A stretch of 64,000 nt of DNA from contig CAVYIM010000006.1 in assembly GCA_963768655.1 (NCBI GenBank), positions 192,001 to 256,000 on the forward strand. The letters run 5' to 3'. Below are positions 33,248 to 42,984 of the stretch, in pieces. The first letter of the stretch is position 1, and the number at the start of each line of letters is the position of its first letter. The stretch comes from an uncultured Chloroflexia bacterium (GTDB taxonomy: Bacteria; Chloroflexota; Limnocylindria; Limnocylindrales; CSP1-4). The notes below the pieces were generated by a model, which did no database searches, had not been told where the DNA came from, and saw nothing but the letters and a program-made list of their open reading frames with translations. The position numbers were made by a program, and so were the translations under genes.

Positions 33248-34693
33248 ATGGGCAGGAGCGGGTCGCGCCTGGCAACGCTGGCGGTCATCGCGGCTCTCGT
33301 GACGAGCGCGTGCGGCCATTCGCCCGTCCTGCCGACGCCGCTCCAGCCGGTTCCGACGGCCTCCCTGCCGGTGGCCTCGCCTGCCGGCGCGACGGTGGTG
33401 AGGTGGTTCGTGGGCCTGGGGCTGGGAAACGCCGTCAACCAGGTCACCGCCGAGGAAGAGTTCGTCAGGGCCTACGACGCCTCCCAGAGCAAGGTCTACA
33501 TCAGCCTCGAGATCGTGCCCGCGGACACGGCGTACGAGACGCTGCAGGCCGAGATCGCCAACAACAACGCGCCCGATATCGTCGGCCCCGTCGGTGTGGG
33601 CGACCTGAATGGGTTCGCCGGCGACTTCCTCGACCTCTCCGGCGAGATAAGCAAGAACGGCTATGACATGACTCGCTACCCGTCGGCCGTGATCGACTAC
33701 TTCAAGCAGGGCGCGGGGAGCCAGATCGGGATTCCCTATCTCATCGATCCGGGCTTCATCTTCTACAACAAGGACATCTTCGCCAAAGCAAACCTGCCGG
33801 ATCTGCCCACGAAGGTGGGTGAGCAATGGAACGGCCAGGACTGGACGTGGGACACGCTCGAGAGCATTGCCGTACAGCTCACGCACGACAACGCGGGCAG
33901 GAAACCCACGAACCCCGCCTTCGACGTCCCCAACATCGTCCAGTACGGTATCGATTTCCAGTGGGCCGACGCTCGGACGATGGCCTCCTGCTTCGCGTCG
34001 GGCTCTTTCCTCGGCACCGACGGCACGGCCATGATCCCGGACGGCTGGAAGGCGGCCTGGACGTGGTACTACAACGCCATGTGGCAGACCCACATCGCGC
34101 CGATCGCCAAGGTCGTCAATTCGGCCCTGATGGGCTACGGGTCTACCGTCGCTTCGGGCAATCTCGCCATGGCCGTCTCGTGGCCGTGGGCCACAACCAC
34201 GTACGGCGGCCCGGTGGACAGTGCCGGCAACTCGAGTCCCAAGTTCGCTCACTGGGACATCGCGGTCATGCCGTCGTACAACGGCCTGACTTCGTCGCCC
34301 ATGGACGGCAATACCTTCGTGATCCCCAAGGCCTCCGCCAATCCGGATGCCGCGTTCACGGCGATGGTCGCGATCATGGGCGACAAGAGCCTGCAGGCAG
34401 CGTACGGCGGCATGCCGGCTGCGACCGCTGACCAGCAGGGCTGGTTCACCCAACTCGACCAGTCGCTGGCGAAGATCTTCCCGGGCAACACCGTGTCGTG
34501 GTCCGTTCTCCAGGAGATGGAGAACTACCCCGCCATTCCGAGCCCGGAGGCCGACCTGCCCAACTTCCGGACGGTCAACAGCCTGACGGCCGCCTTCTAC
34601 TCGAAGATGCAGACCTCCGGCAGTCTGGACCTGCCCAGCGCGATGACGAGCCTTCAGGCCTCGATCCAGAGGGCATTCGCGCAGACTCCCTGA
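33248..34693 (+). CDS. Carbohydrate ABC transporter solute-binding lipoprotein (no permease genes adjacent)
   Basis: Lipobox VTSA-C; APDIVGP, IFYNKDIF and WTWD motifs of SBP family 1. Confidence 0.85.
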   Translation: MGRSGSRLATLAVIAALVTSACGHSPVLPTPLQPVPTASLPVASPAGATVVRWFVGLGLGNAVNQVTAEEEFVRAYDASQSKVYISLEIVPADTAYETLQAEIANNNAPDIVGPVGVGDLNGFAGDFLDLSGEISKNGYDMTRYPSAVIDYFKQGAGSQIGIPYLIDPGFIFYNKDIFAKANLPDLPTKVGEQWNGQDWTWDTLESIAVQLTHDNAGRKPTNPAFDVPNIVQYGIDFQWADARTMASCFASGSFLGTDGTAMIPDGWKAAWTWYYNAMWQTHIAPIAKVVNSALMGYGSTVASGNLAMAVSWPWATTTYGGPVDSAGNSSPKFAHWDIAVMPSYNGLTSSPMDGNTFVIPKASANPDAAFTAMVAIMGDKSLQAAYGGMPAATADQQGWFTQLDQSLAKIFPGNTVSWSVLQEMENYPAIPSPEADLPNFRTVNSLTAAFYSKMQTSGSLDLPSAMTSLQASIQRAFAQTP

Positions 34694-34802
34694 CGGCCGG
34701 TTGCCAGCCGGGCTCGACTGATAGCGTCCCGCGGTCGGGGCTCCGATCCGGGACAGGCCGCTTGAACGGGAACGGCACGCCGCCACCCGTTAGGATGGAC
34801 TC

Positions 34803-35234
34803 ATGCCCCAGATCGAGTACGCCTTTCTCGCCGATGCGGCCGAAGTTCAGCCAGGCCAGAAGTTCCACGTGCTCGGCGGGGGGGTCACGCGCCTGAGCGG
34901 ACCGACCCTGCCGTTCCAACACCCGCATCTCGCCCTCGTGGTGGGTTTGCGGCTGAGCGCCAGCGAGCGGAACCGCGAGCACAACCTGGAATTCATACTC
35001 GCCGCACCCGACGGCACCAAGGTCGCCAGCTCATCGGGGAACGTCGTGGCTCGCGGCCCGCAGGACCCCAACGACATCATCCTCACTCTGGCCATCGACC
35101 TGTGGAACCTGAACATGACCACGCAGGGCGAGTATTCGGTCAGGATCATGATCGGCGGGACGGAGCGAAAGCGGCTGGCGCTGGTGGTCAGCCAATCCCG
35201 CGAGCCCGTGCCGGAGCAGCGGTATCTGGCGTGA
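34803..35234 (+). CDS. Conserved hypothetical protein (DUF6941-like)
   Basis: LADAA...KFHVLGGG...GEYSVRI pattern; TAGGAT lies 6 nt before the ATG. Confidence 0.6.
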   Translation: MPQIEYAFLADAAEVQPGQKFHVLGGGVTRLSGPTLPFQHPHLALVVGLRLSASERNREHNLEFILAAPDGTKVASSSGNVVARGPQDPNDIILTLAIDLWNLNMTTQGEYSVRIMIGGTERKRLALVVSQSREPVPEQRYLA

Positions 35235-35557
35235 CGACCGCGGACCGCGGTCCCGCGCGCCACGAGCGTCCGGCGATCGACGAAGCGGCCCTGGCCGCGG
35301 CTCGGACCGCGGATCGCCTGCTCGAGGCAGCCCAAGCGCGCAACTCCGCACGGTGGGAGGAGTTCCTGGCGCCGCTGCCCGGGCAACTCCGGGACGGTCG
35401 GATCGCCGACCTGCGCCGGATCGTGATGCGGGCCCGAGCAGCATACGGGCCGAAGGATTCGATTCGCGAGGCGCTCCCGGCCGACTTGACGGAGCCATTC
35501 CTGGCTGATCTGGATCGGCTCCTCAAGGTCCTGGCTCGCGAGGCCATGGAGCGCTGA
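35231..35557 (+). CDS. Hypothetical helical protein
   Basis: GTGA overlap with the upstream gene; plausible composition. Confidence 0.6.
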   Translation: MTTADRGPARHERPAIDEAALAAARTADRLLEAAQARNSARWEEFLAPLPGQLRDGRIADLRRIVMRARAAYGPKDSIREALPADLTEPFLADLDRLLKVLAREAMER

Positions 35558-35625
35558 ACGGCGCGTATGCTCTGTCGGCCGGAACCGGGCGGACGGCGCA
35601 GTCGATCGATAGCTGGAGGTCGGCC

Positions 35626-37302
35626 TTGAGCACGTGGCAGGTGAGCGGAGGGGATCGGCCCCCGATGCCGCTGCCGGTCGGGCTCCGCGTCGCCGGCCTT
35701 GGCGCTCGGCTTGGCGCGTGGCTGCTCGACCTCCTGCTCTTCGGACTCTTGAGTCTGATTCCGCTGGTTCTCGCCATCGCGACCGGCGCCGTCGGTCTCA
35801 ATCCGGAGGCGGCCCGGCAGCTGAGCGTCAACCCGTATGCGGAGCCGACTGTCCCGGTCCTCACGGTCAACGCGGCGGAGTTGATCGCGTGGTGCGCGGC
35901 CTGGGTGGTTCTGGCGATCGCCTACACGGCGGTCTGCTGGGCCTTCTTCCGGGGTCTGCCCGGTCAGCGGCTCCTCTCTTTGCAGGTTGCCGATGCCGCC
36001 ACCGGTAGGAATCTCTCGCCGCTGGCGGCAACATGGCGCGCGGTGCTCGTGAGCGGCATCCCGGCGGCCGCCACGGCGGTACTGCTGGTCGCCACATGCG
36101 AGATGCTGGCCACGCTCATCCCGGCCAATGTCGGTGGCGCCGGTGAAACCAGCTACGTGGATGCGGCCTACAACAACGCCGGGGGCGACCTGCTTTCGCT
36201 GTGCAGCCTGGCGAGCTGGGGCTGGCCGCTGCTTCTCCTGATCAGTACGGCGGCCAGCCGCGACAGGCGAGGCCTGCACGACAAGCTCGGCCGTTCTGTC
36301 GTCGTGGGTCGGGCGATGGCGTTCGGCGCCTGGGGCGAGCCGTACGGCCAGGCTCCTGCCGGCCCGTATGCCTATCCATACAGTCGCGGCCCGGTCTACC
36401 CTCCCGGCGCGGCTTCCGGCCCCGGGCCTCAATCCGGCCTCGGCCCGGGCTACGCCCCCTGGCCGATCTATCCGTACGGCCCGCCGCCGGGTGCCCCCGG
36501 TCAGCCGCAGGCGCCTTCCGCCGCGCATCCCTGGCCGCCTGTCAGTGAGACCGACCCAGCACGGGACGCGACGACGCCGCAGTCGGCCGAGCCCCTGGCG
36601 GATCTCCCGTTCGGGGGCGCATCTGACGAGGCCGGTCCGTCGGGCGGCCCGGCCGGACCCACTCAGGCGGGACAGTGGCCACCCCCTGTGTGGCCGGGTC
36701 TGGTTCCGCCCGGCGGCGAGCTGCCGGCGGGGGCTGAGCCGGCGGCGGTCGGTGATGACGAGCCCGCGGAGCGGAAACCGGTCGCCCGCGACGGGCAGGT
36801 CTTCGGGGCGAAGCTGCCGGTGGGTTTGCGTTTGGCGAGCTTCAACCGTCGTCTGGTGGCCTACGTTCTCGATAGTGTCATAGCCCTGATGATCCTCGGC
36901 GCGATCGCGGTGGCCCTGGAGGGGAACTCGGACCCGAGTGGACCGCCGCCGCCGGAGCGCATGGCGATGCTCGCCGGTTTGATAGGCGGGCTCGTTCAGG
37001 CCATCTACTTCGTCGCCGCCTGGTCGATCTGGCGCGGCTCGATCGGCCAGAAGGCGCTCGGACTGCAGGTCGGTGAGGAGTCGACCGGCAAGCGGCTGAG
37101 CCCGGCCGACTCACTCGTTCGGTGGGCCCTGCTCCAGGGCCCGCTGGTGCTGTACCTGGCCGTCCCGTACTTGCTGAGGCCGGCGCTGGGGATTCTTGCC
37201 GTAGGCTGGGCGTGGCTGCTTACCTACAGCGTTCGCAAGGATCCCGACCGCCGTGGCTACCAGGACCGCATCGCGCACAGCCTGGTAGTCCAGCAGGCGT
37301 GA
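35626..37302 (+). CDS. Tandem RDD-domain membrane protein with Pro-rich linker
   Basis: Two RDD units (ARLGAWLLD...RRGLHDKL; RRLVAYVLD...RRGYQDRIA); GGAGG RBS before the TTG. Confidence 0.85.
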   Translation: MSTWQVSGGDRPPMPLPVGLRVAGLGARLGAWLLDLLLFGLLSLIPLVLAIATGAVGLNPEAARQLSVNPYAEPTVPVLTVNAAELIAWCAAWVVLAIAYTAVCWAFFRGLPGQRLLSLQVADAATGRNLSPLAATWRAVLVSGIPAAATAVLLVATCEMLATLIPANVGGAGETSYVDAAYNNAGGDLLSLCSLASWGWPLLLLISTAASRDRRGLHDKLGRSVVVGRAMAFGAWGEPYGQAPAGPYAYPYSRGPVYPPGAASGPGPQSGLGPGYAPWPIYPYGPPPGAPGQPQAPSAAHPWPPVSETDPARDATTPQSAEPLADLPFGGASDEAGPSGGPAGPTQAGQWPPPVWPGLVPPGGELPAGAEPAAVGDDEPAERKPVARDGQVFGAKLPVGLRLASFNRRLVAYVLDSVIALMILGAIAVALEGNSDPSGPPPPERMAMLAGLIGGLVQAIYFVAAWSIWRGSIGQKALGLQVGEESTGKRLSPADSLVRWALLQGPLVLYLAVPYLLRPALGILAVGWAWLLTYSVRKDPDRRGYQDRIAHSLVVQQA

Positions 37303-37348
37303 GGTGGGTCGGAGCCGGCCGGCGGGCGGCCCGGCGGGGCCACCGGAG

Positions 37349-39115
37349 TTACTCAGGATCGCGCTCTACGCCCAACTCCCGTTCGTTGAACGCCTCCAGC
37401 AGGAAAGAAGACGGCGAGGCAGGATCGTAGACCAAGGTCAGCGATCGGCGCGCCCGAGTCCAAGCGACATAGGCCAGGCGGCGCTCCTCCTCGAGCGCGC
37501 GTCGCGGCTCCGTCGACTCCCGAAGCGAGCGGGCCGACGGGAAGCGGCCGGCATCCATGCCGATGACCGCGACGTGGTCGAACTCGAGCCCTTTGGTGGA
37601 GTGGGCCGTAGCGAGCGTGAGCTGAGCGTCATCGCGCCGCAGCTCCGCGACGCGGGCGCGGTGGCGCTCGACGGCTTGCGCGAGGTCCGCCAGGGAGTGG
37701 TATGGCGCCGCCCAGCCGACGATGGCCGCCAGCAGATCGCCCATCTCGATGGGGAGTGGCTCGTCGAGATCCCTGGCGTCGGGGTCCGCCGTCGAGAGCG
37801 GCTGCGCCTCGGGCAGTTCGATCCCGCGCCTCGCCAGCGCCGCCAGCCGCGGCAGGGGCGGGAGTGGCGGAACGTCCGGCGGGCCGCCATCGGAGCCTCG
37901 TCCGCAATACGCCGCCGCCGCGCCGCCATGCGTGCCGCCTCCCGGGCCGCCCCCTGCGCCCGCGTCGCCGGCTGCCCGCAGGATCGCGTCGACCCGGCGA
38001 TCCTCGGTGAGCAGCCGCAGCCTGGGGGCTCGGAACGGCAGGCCCATCTCGACCGCGATTGCGGCGGCCGGCAGCAGCTCGACGTTGGTTCGAGCCAGGA
38101 TCGCCCGCGTCCCGCCATCGTCGGGCCAGCTGGCGATCACCCGGCGGATCCTGACGGTCTCGTCCGAGCCATCGGGAGCGAGGATCAAGCGGCCCGCCGC
38201 GATCGGTCCAGGCCGGATCGTCTTGACGAACCGCTCCTCGTTGCGTTCGACCAGGCGGAGCGCCCGATCTACGACGGCCGGCGGGCAGCGGTAGTTGACC
38301 GTCAGGTCTATGCGCCTCAACCCCGGCAGCGACTCGGCTAGGGCCAACACTCTCCGAACGTCGGCGAGTCGCCAGCCGTAGATCGTCTGGTCGTCGTCGC
38401 CGACCAGGAAGATTCGGTTCGCGGGCGCCGCGATCAGCAGCGCCAGGCGAAGCTGGCTGCGGTCGACATCCTGGGTCTCGTCGACCAGGAGGTCGTGACA
38501 GCGCTCGCGCCAGCGGGCGAGCAGGCGCGGCCGAGCTTCGAGAAGCCGAAGCGAGCGGGCGACCAGGTCGTCGAAGTCGAGCCCTCCGGCGTCGGCGAGC
38601 GCGCGCTCGTACGCCAGGAAGGCGCGGGCGACCGGGCCGGGCTCGGGATCTTCGCCGACCTCCGCGGCCGTCACGCCGATGTCGAGCTTGAGTCGGCTGA
38701 AGGCGTCGTCGAGGTGGCGCACGGCCCCCGGCGTGATGTCGGGCCACATGTCGCGCAGCACCGCCTCGCGGGCGAGCAACGGCTCCACCGACACGCCGCC
38801 GTCGGCGAGGATCTCGCGGCCGAGGGCGTGGAACGTCTTGACGCGGACGCTGCCCGGAGCCAGGCCGAGCGGTTCCAGCGCCGCATCGACGCGGCTCGCC
38901 ATCTCGCCGGCGGCGCGCTTGTTGAACGTGACCGCGGTGATTTCCGCCGGATCGGCGCCGCTCGCCACCAGCCACGCGATCCGCGCGACCAGGGTCGTCG
39001 TCTTGCCACTCCCCGCCGGCGCGACGCACAACACCGGACCCGGCGGCGCCGTGGCCGCCTCGCGCTGGTCTGGCGCCAGGCGGTCGAGTCGTTCGGCGAC
39101 GGAGGAGGGAAGCAC
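37349..39115 (-). CDS. Compact UvrD/Rep-family SF1A DNA helicase
   Basis: APAGSGKT, TFHALG, VDETQD, GDDDQTIYGWR, NYRC, HSTKGLEF and EERRLAYVAWTRAR. Confidence 0.92.
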   Translation of the reverse strand: MLPSSVAERLDRLAPDQREAATAPPGPVLCVAPAGSGKTTTLVARIAWLVASGADPAEITAVTFNKRAAGEMASRVDAALEPLGLAPGSVRVKTFHALGREILADGGVSVEPLLAREAVLRDMWPDITPGAVRHLDDAFSRLKLDIGVTAAEVGEDPEPGPVARAFLAYERALADAGGLDFDDLVARSLRLLEARPRLLARWRERCHDLLVDETQDVDRSQLRLALLIAAPANRIFLVGDDDQTIYGWRLADVRRVLALAESLPGLRRIDLTVNYRCPPAVVDRALRLVERNEERFVKTIRPGPIAAGRLILAPDGSDETVRIRRVIASWPDDGGTRAILARTNVELLPAAAIAVEMGLPFRAPRLRLLTEDRRVDAILRAAGDAGAGGGPGGGTHGGAAAAYCGRGSDGGPPDVPPLPPLPRLAALARRGIELPEAQPLSTADPDARDLDEPLPIEMGDLLAAIVGWAAPYHSLADLAQAVERHRARVAELRRDDAQLTLATAHSTKGLEFDHVAVIGMDAGRFPSARSLRESTEPRRALEEERRLAYVAWTRARRSLTLVYDPASPSSFLLEAFNERELGVERDPE

Positions 39116-39253
39116 GGGCGGAGGATCGCAGGCGCCGATCTACGGGCACTTATCGAGATTCGGCCGCTTGACCCGGGCCCGGACGGGAATCCGCCCGCCG
39201 GGTACAGTGCAGGTATTGGGCGTCCCCGCCGCCGGATTGAGTGGAGTGATGCA

Positions 39254-39574
39254 GTGAAGATCTACAACAAGCTGGTTCGGGATCTCGTGCCGGGGATCTT
39301 GCGCGCGGGCGGCCGCAAGGTTGTCACGCGGACGCTGGTGGGAAAGCCGGCGCTCGAGGCCCTCCGGGCGAAGTTCGACGAAGAGGCCGCGGAGTACGAC
39401 GCGGCCCTCGACGACGAGCAGGCCGCGATCGAGCTGGCCGACCTGCTCGAGGTGATCATGGCCATCGCCAAACGGCGCGGATTGAGCGAGGCCGCGATTC
39501 AGCAGATACGGGCGGCCAAGGCAGCCCAGCGGGGCACGTACGACCTGGGGGTCTTCCTGGTCTCGGCCGAGTAG
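39254..39574 (+). CDS. MazG-like nucleoside triphosphate pyrophosphohydrolase
   Basis: YNKLVRD.VP, EEAAEY, ELADLLEV and K...RG motifs. Confidence 0.85.
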   Translation: MKIYNKLVRDLVPGILRAGGRKVVTRTLVGKPALEALRAKFDEEAAEYDAALDDEQAAIELADLLEVIMAIAKRRGLSEAAIQQIRAAKAAQRGTYDLGVFLVSAE

Positions 39575-39690
39575 CCGGGCGCCGGCCAGCCCGTTCGCCG
39601 GGCCCGAATCATGCCGCCTCTCCGTCGCTATCCTCTGGATGACGCCCAGGCGCGTGGACAGGAGCAGCATCGGGCGGAGAGGAGGAGCTG

Positions 39691-40188
39691 ATGCTCGAGT
39701 TCGTGCTTGTGTACCTGCTTGCCAGACACAACGGCGGCATTGTCGAGTCGAAGGGCCAGAGCGGGACGACGTACAAATGGCTCACGGCCGGCCTCTGGTT
39801 CGGCTGGGAGATCTTCGGGGCCATCGTCGGAGAGATGATCGTCGGCCGCAACGCGAACCCGCTCGAGGTGTATCCCTTCGCGGTACTCGGAGCCGTCATT
39901 GGGGCGGTGATCGCGTGGGTGCTCGCCAAACAGGTCCCGGTGAATCCCATTCGACTGTGGCACCCGACGCATCTGACCCCGCCAATGGGGCTGGCCGCCT
40001 GGGCGCAGCCGGATGCGGCCTACCCGCCGGCTCTCGTGATACCGGGCAACGTCGAGCTGGTGGTCGAGCGTCGAGCCGGGGGGTGGGCGCAGGTGCGGGC
40101 CTTCAACGGCTGGCGCGGGTTCGTCGACGACCGTGCCCTCATCTGGAAGGTCAGCGGCTCCGTGTGGGTGGAACAGCCTCAGTCCTAG
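39691..40188 (+). CDS. Hypothetical membrane protein with SH3-like C-terminus
   Basis: GAGGAG RBS, 2-3 TM helices, C-terminal ...GGWAQVRAFNGWRGFVD. Confidence 0.6.
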   Translation: MLEFVLVYLLARHNGGIVESKGQSGTTYKWLTAGLWFGWEIFGAIVGEMIVGRNANPLEVYPFAVLGAVIGAVIAWVLAKQVPVNPIRLWHPTHLTPPMGLAAWAQPDAAYPPALVIPGNVELVVERRAGGWAQVRAFNGWRGFVDDRALIWKVSGSVWVEQPQS

Positions 40189-40234
40189 GTCGCCGGGAGT
40201 CCGCCCGGCCCGGGCCCGGGCCGGGCGGCCGTCC

Positions 40235-42514
40235 TCAGTTCCGGGCGAAGATCGTGGCCTGGGAGTTCGACCAGATCTGGTGGTAGCCGGCCGCCGTGAT
40301 CGCGTCGGCCAGGCCGGAATTGAGGCCGGCCGGTTCGAGCACGACGTAGCCGTAGTCGGAGGCCAGCTCGGTCGGGAGCTGATCGAAGCCGAGCAGCCGG
40401 CCTCCTACGGTGTGGATGCTGAGCTCCGGCTGGAGCGAGATCGACGTCTCCATGGCGCCCGTGAACACCCCGATCGGAACCGAGGACCACTGCTGGAAGC
40501 TCGAGGCGATGTGGAGCACCCGCGTGGACGGCCCCAGACGTCCGGCGCTGATCTCGGCCCGCAGTTCGTCGATGACTTCCTGCTCGGCGTGATCGACGAT
40601 CAGGCGAGGATCCGGGTAGCCGTCCCAGTAGCCGTATTGCGCCTCGCGCAGCGCCAGGCCCAACGACTCGGCGCCGCGGTGCTCGCCGATCTGGACGTTG
40701 GTGATCAAAGGGCCGGGATACGTGTACATCGTGTCGAAGAGCAGGGCTGCGAGGGCGATCGCGGGCAGCGGGCCGAGGCTGCGCAGCCGCAGGACCGCCG
40801 CGATGCCGCCGGCGCCGCCGAGGGCGAGCATGACCGGCAGCCAGTACTCGATCGTCTTCGGCACTTCGTAGTGCACGGCCTGCTGCGTCAGCGTGTCGTA
40901 GCCAACGAAGCCCGAGGCTGCCCAGGCCGCCGCTCCGGCGGCGACGCCGCACCCAAGCACCATCCAGCCCGGGACCGCGCGCGCCAGCCCGAGCACCAGG
41001 CCGATGCTCGTCACCATGAGCAGTCGCGGGAAGAGGTTGTAGATCTCCGACCACGGGTCGTCGGGCGGCGCGATGTGCTGGCGCGCGAGGATGAAACAGG
41101 CCCAGATCGTGAGCGCAAGAAGCGCCAACTTTATCCATCGCGGCGTCGAGAGCCACTCCGAGAGCCGCACGGAAGATGGAATCCTGGGACGAACCGCAGA
41201 GACGAGCCAGGCCAGCACGAAGGCGATGAGCAGCCCGGCGACGATGCACAGGAAGCCGGTCCATGACGGCGCATCGATGCCGAGCATGGTCAGCCCCTGG
41301 GGGATGGCGATGAGGGCCGCGGCGCCGAGGGCGGGAACGAGAAGCGGCCCGAGACGCCGGGGCTCGAGCAGCAGCATCCCAACGGCGGCCGTCGCCGCGA
41401 CGATTCCGACGAGCGGGTGGACGAGGATCGCGCCACCCAGTGCCAATGCGAGCGGGAAATCCGGCTGCCGGTAGTCGCCCGTCACGTTCGACACGGCCGC
41501 CGGCCCGGCCTTCGACCGCGCCGCATGGAGTTCGCGGGCGATCACGGCCAGGGCGTATGCCGCGAGCGGGAAGGCAGCTACGGTCCCGCGGGTGTCCGCC
41601 AGCCGCATGAACGTGAAGGTGAGCGGGAAGGTCAGAAGGACCCAGAAGCCCGCGCTCGCCCCGAACAGGTGCGAAGCCAGCTGGCGCATCGAGATCGCCA
41701 CGAGGATCGTCAGCGGGAGGGCGAAGGCGGCGACGGCCAGGATCGCCTCCAGGTTCGCGATGGTCGTCAGGTCTCCCAGCAGGCCGACGTAGCCGAGCAT
41801 CAAGCGGGATGGGCCGTAGATCGGGGAGGGCGACGTGGTCAGGGTGGCGAAGCTGCCGAAGACCCGGACGTGCTCCACCGGCGCCACGTGGTTCGGGAGG
41901 ACGTCCATGAACGGGGCCGCCGGCGAGGTCAGCTGGATGATGATCGGCCCGGCCCAGACCAGGCCGATGAGGAGCCACCACGCGGCAGGGCGTCGGGCAC
42001 GCACTCGCGGCGTGATGGCCATGAGCGGCCGCGACCTGCGCGTGGCCGCGTACGCGGCCAGGGCCGCGAGATGAAGCGCCAGCAGCTCAGGCCAGCCGAA
42101 CAGGCCGAAGCTCCCCAGCAGGAAGAGAGCCGCGGTATCGAGCACGACGGCGGCGACGAACCCGGCCATGACCAGGTCGGAAAGCGACCGGAAGGCGGTT
42201 GTGCCCAGGAGTCGCAGCACGATCGCGCCGGCCAGCACGTTGGCGGCCGTGGCCAGGGCAACGAGCACGGCCGCTGAGAACGTGTATGGGATCTGGGATA
42301 GCACGCCGTCGAGGGCGCCTCCCCAGCTGAAGCCCCAGTCCGGCGAGCCGCTCACCTGGCCCAGCCCGAGGGCCAGCACCGCCACGCCGAACAGGAGGGC
42401 GACGCTGATGGACTGCACGTCCTGGTTGCGGCCGATGAGTCGCTCCAGTAGACGTCCGATCTCGAATGATGGACGCGCCGCGGGAGCCGGCCTGGTGTCG
42501 TGGGGATCTGTCAC
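40235..42514 (-). CDS. Large polytopic membrane protein, probable GT-C-fold glycosyltransferase
   Basis: More than 15 hydrophobic segments, Asp-containing loop (PFMDVLPNH) and a soluble C-terminal domain. The family call is inference. Confidence 0.6.
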   Translation of the reverse strand: MTDPHDTRPAPAARPSFEIGRLLERLIGRNQDVQSISVALLFGVAVLALGLGQVSGSPDWGFSWGGALDGVLSQIPYTFSAAVLVALATAANVLAGAIVLRLLGTTAFRSLSDLVMAGFVAAVVLDTAALFLLGSFGLFGWPELLALHLAALAAYAATRRSRPLMAITPRVRARRPAAWWLLIGLVWAGPIIIQLTSPAAPFMDVLPNHVAPVEHVRVFGSFATLTTSPSPIYGPSRLMLGYVGLLGDLTTIANLEAILAVAAFALPLTILVAISMRQLASHLFGASAGFWVLLTFPLTFTFMRLADTRGTVAAFPLAAYALAVIARELHAARSKAGPAAVSNVTGDYRQPDFPLALALGGAILVHPLVGIVAATAAVGMLLLEPRRLGPLLVPALGAAALIAIPQGLTMLGIDAPSWTGFLCIVAGLLIAFVLAWLVSAVRPRIPSSVRLSEWLSTPRWIKLALLALTIWACFILARQHIAPPDDPWSEIYNLFPRLLMVTSIGLVLGLARAVPGWMVLGCGVAAGAAAWAASGFVGYDTLTQQAVHYEVPKTIEYWLPVMLALGGAGGIAAVLRLRSLGPLPAIALAALLFDTMYTYPGPLITNVQIGEHRGAESLGLALREAQYGYWDGYPDPRLIVDHAEQEVIDELRAEISAGRLGPSTRVLHIASSFQQWSSVPIGVFTGAMETSISLQPELSIHTVGGRLLGFDQLPTELASDYGYVVLEPAGLNSGLADAITAAGYHQIWSNSQATIFARN

Positions 42515-42632
42515 GCCGGGGATTCTTGCACAGCCCGGCCGGCGCTCGTCGCTCACCCGGGCTGGGATCGCGGCGCGTGATTTAGGGTCGGCCCCGACGC
42601 GGCGCAGCGGCCCGATCACTACCATGCCTCGT

Positions 42633-42976
42633 ATGACTCGGGACATCTGCCCGCGGTGCGGCGCCTGGCTGATCCTGGCCGAGGTCGAATACGTGAGCCC
42701 GGACGCCCGGCCCTATCGGGACACGGGCAGCTGCCTGATCTACGAGTGCCCGGCCTGCCGCAGCGTCTTCGAGCGGTGGATGCGCGATGGCGAGCCACTC
42801 CTGCCGATGGCGGATGCGGGCTTGTCGCTGCGGACGCGCGTAGCTCGCCTGGAGGCACGTCTCGGACGTCTGAGGCGCGATGTGCGGACGCCGGCGCGCG
42901 CGGTGCCCCGCCGCAGCCGCCCGCGGCCCCGCTACTGTCCGGTGCGCCCCGCTACCGCCGGTCCCGCCGCGCGTGA
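42633..42976 (+). CDS. Small zinc-ribbon protein (probable frameshift near 42880; otherwise ends at 43085)
   Basis: MTRDICPRCG...YECPACR CxxC pairs; TACCAT lies 7 nt before the ATG. Confidence 0.45.
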
Positions 42977-42984
42977 GGATTCCG

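Noticed and set aside
37349-39574. UvrD + MazG pair as an anti-phage defence system
   Set aside because: The genes are divergent with separate promoters, have no nuclease or ATPase partner, and sit among housekeeping genes at host-like GC.
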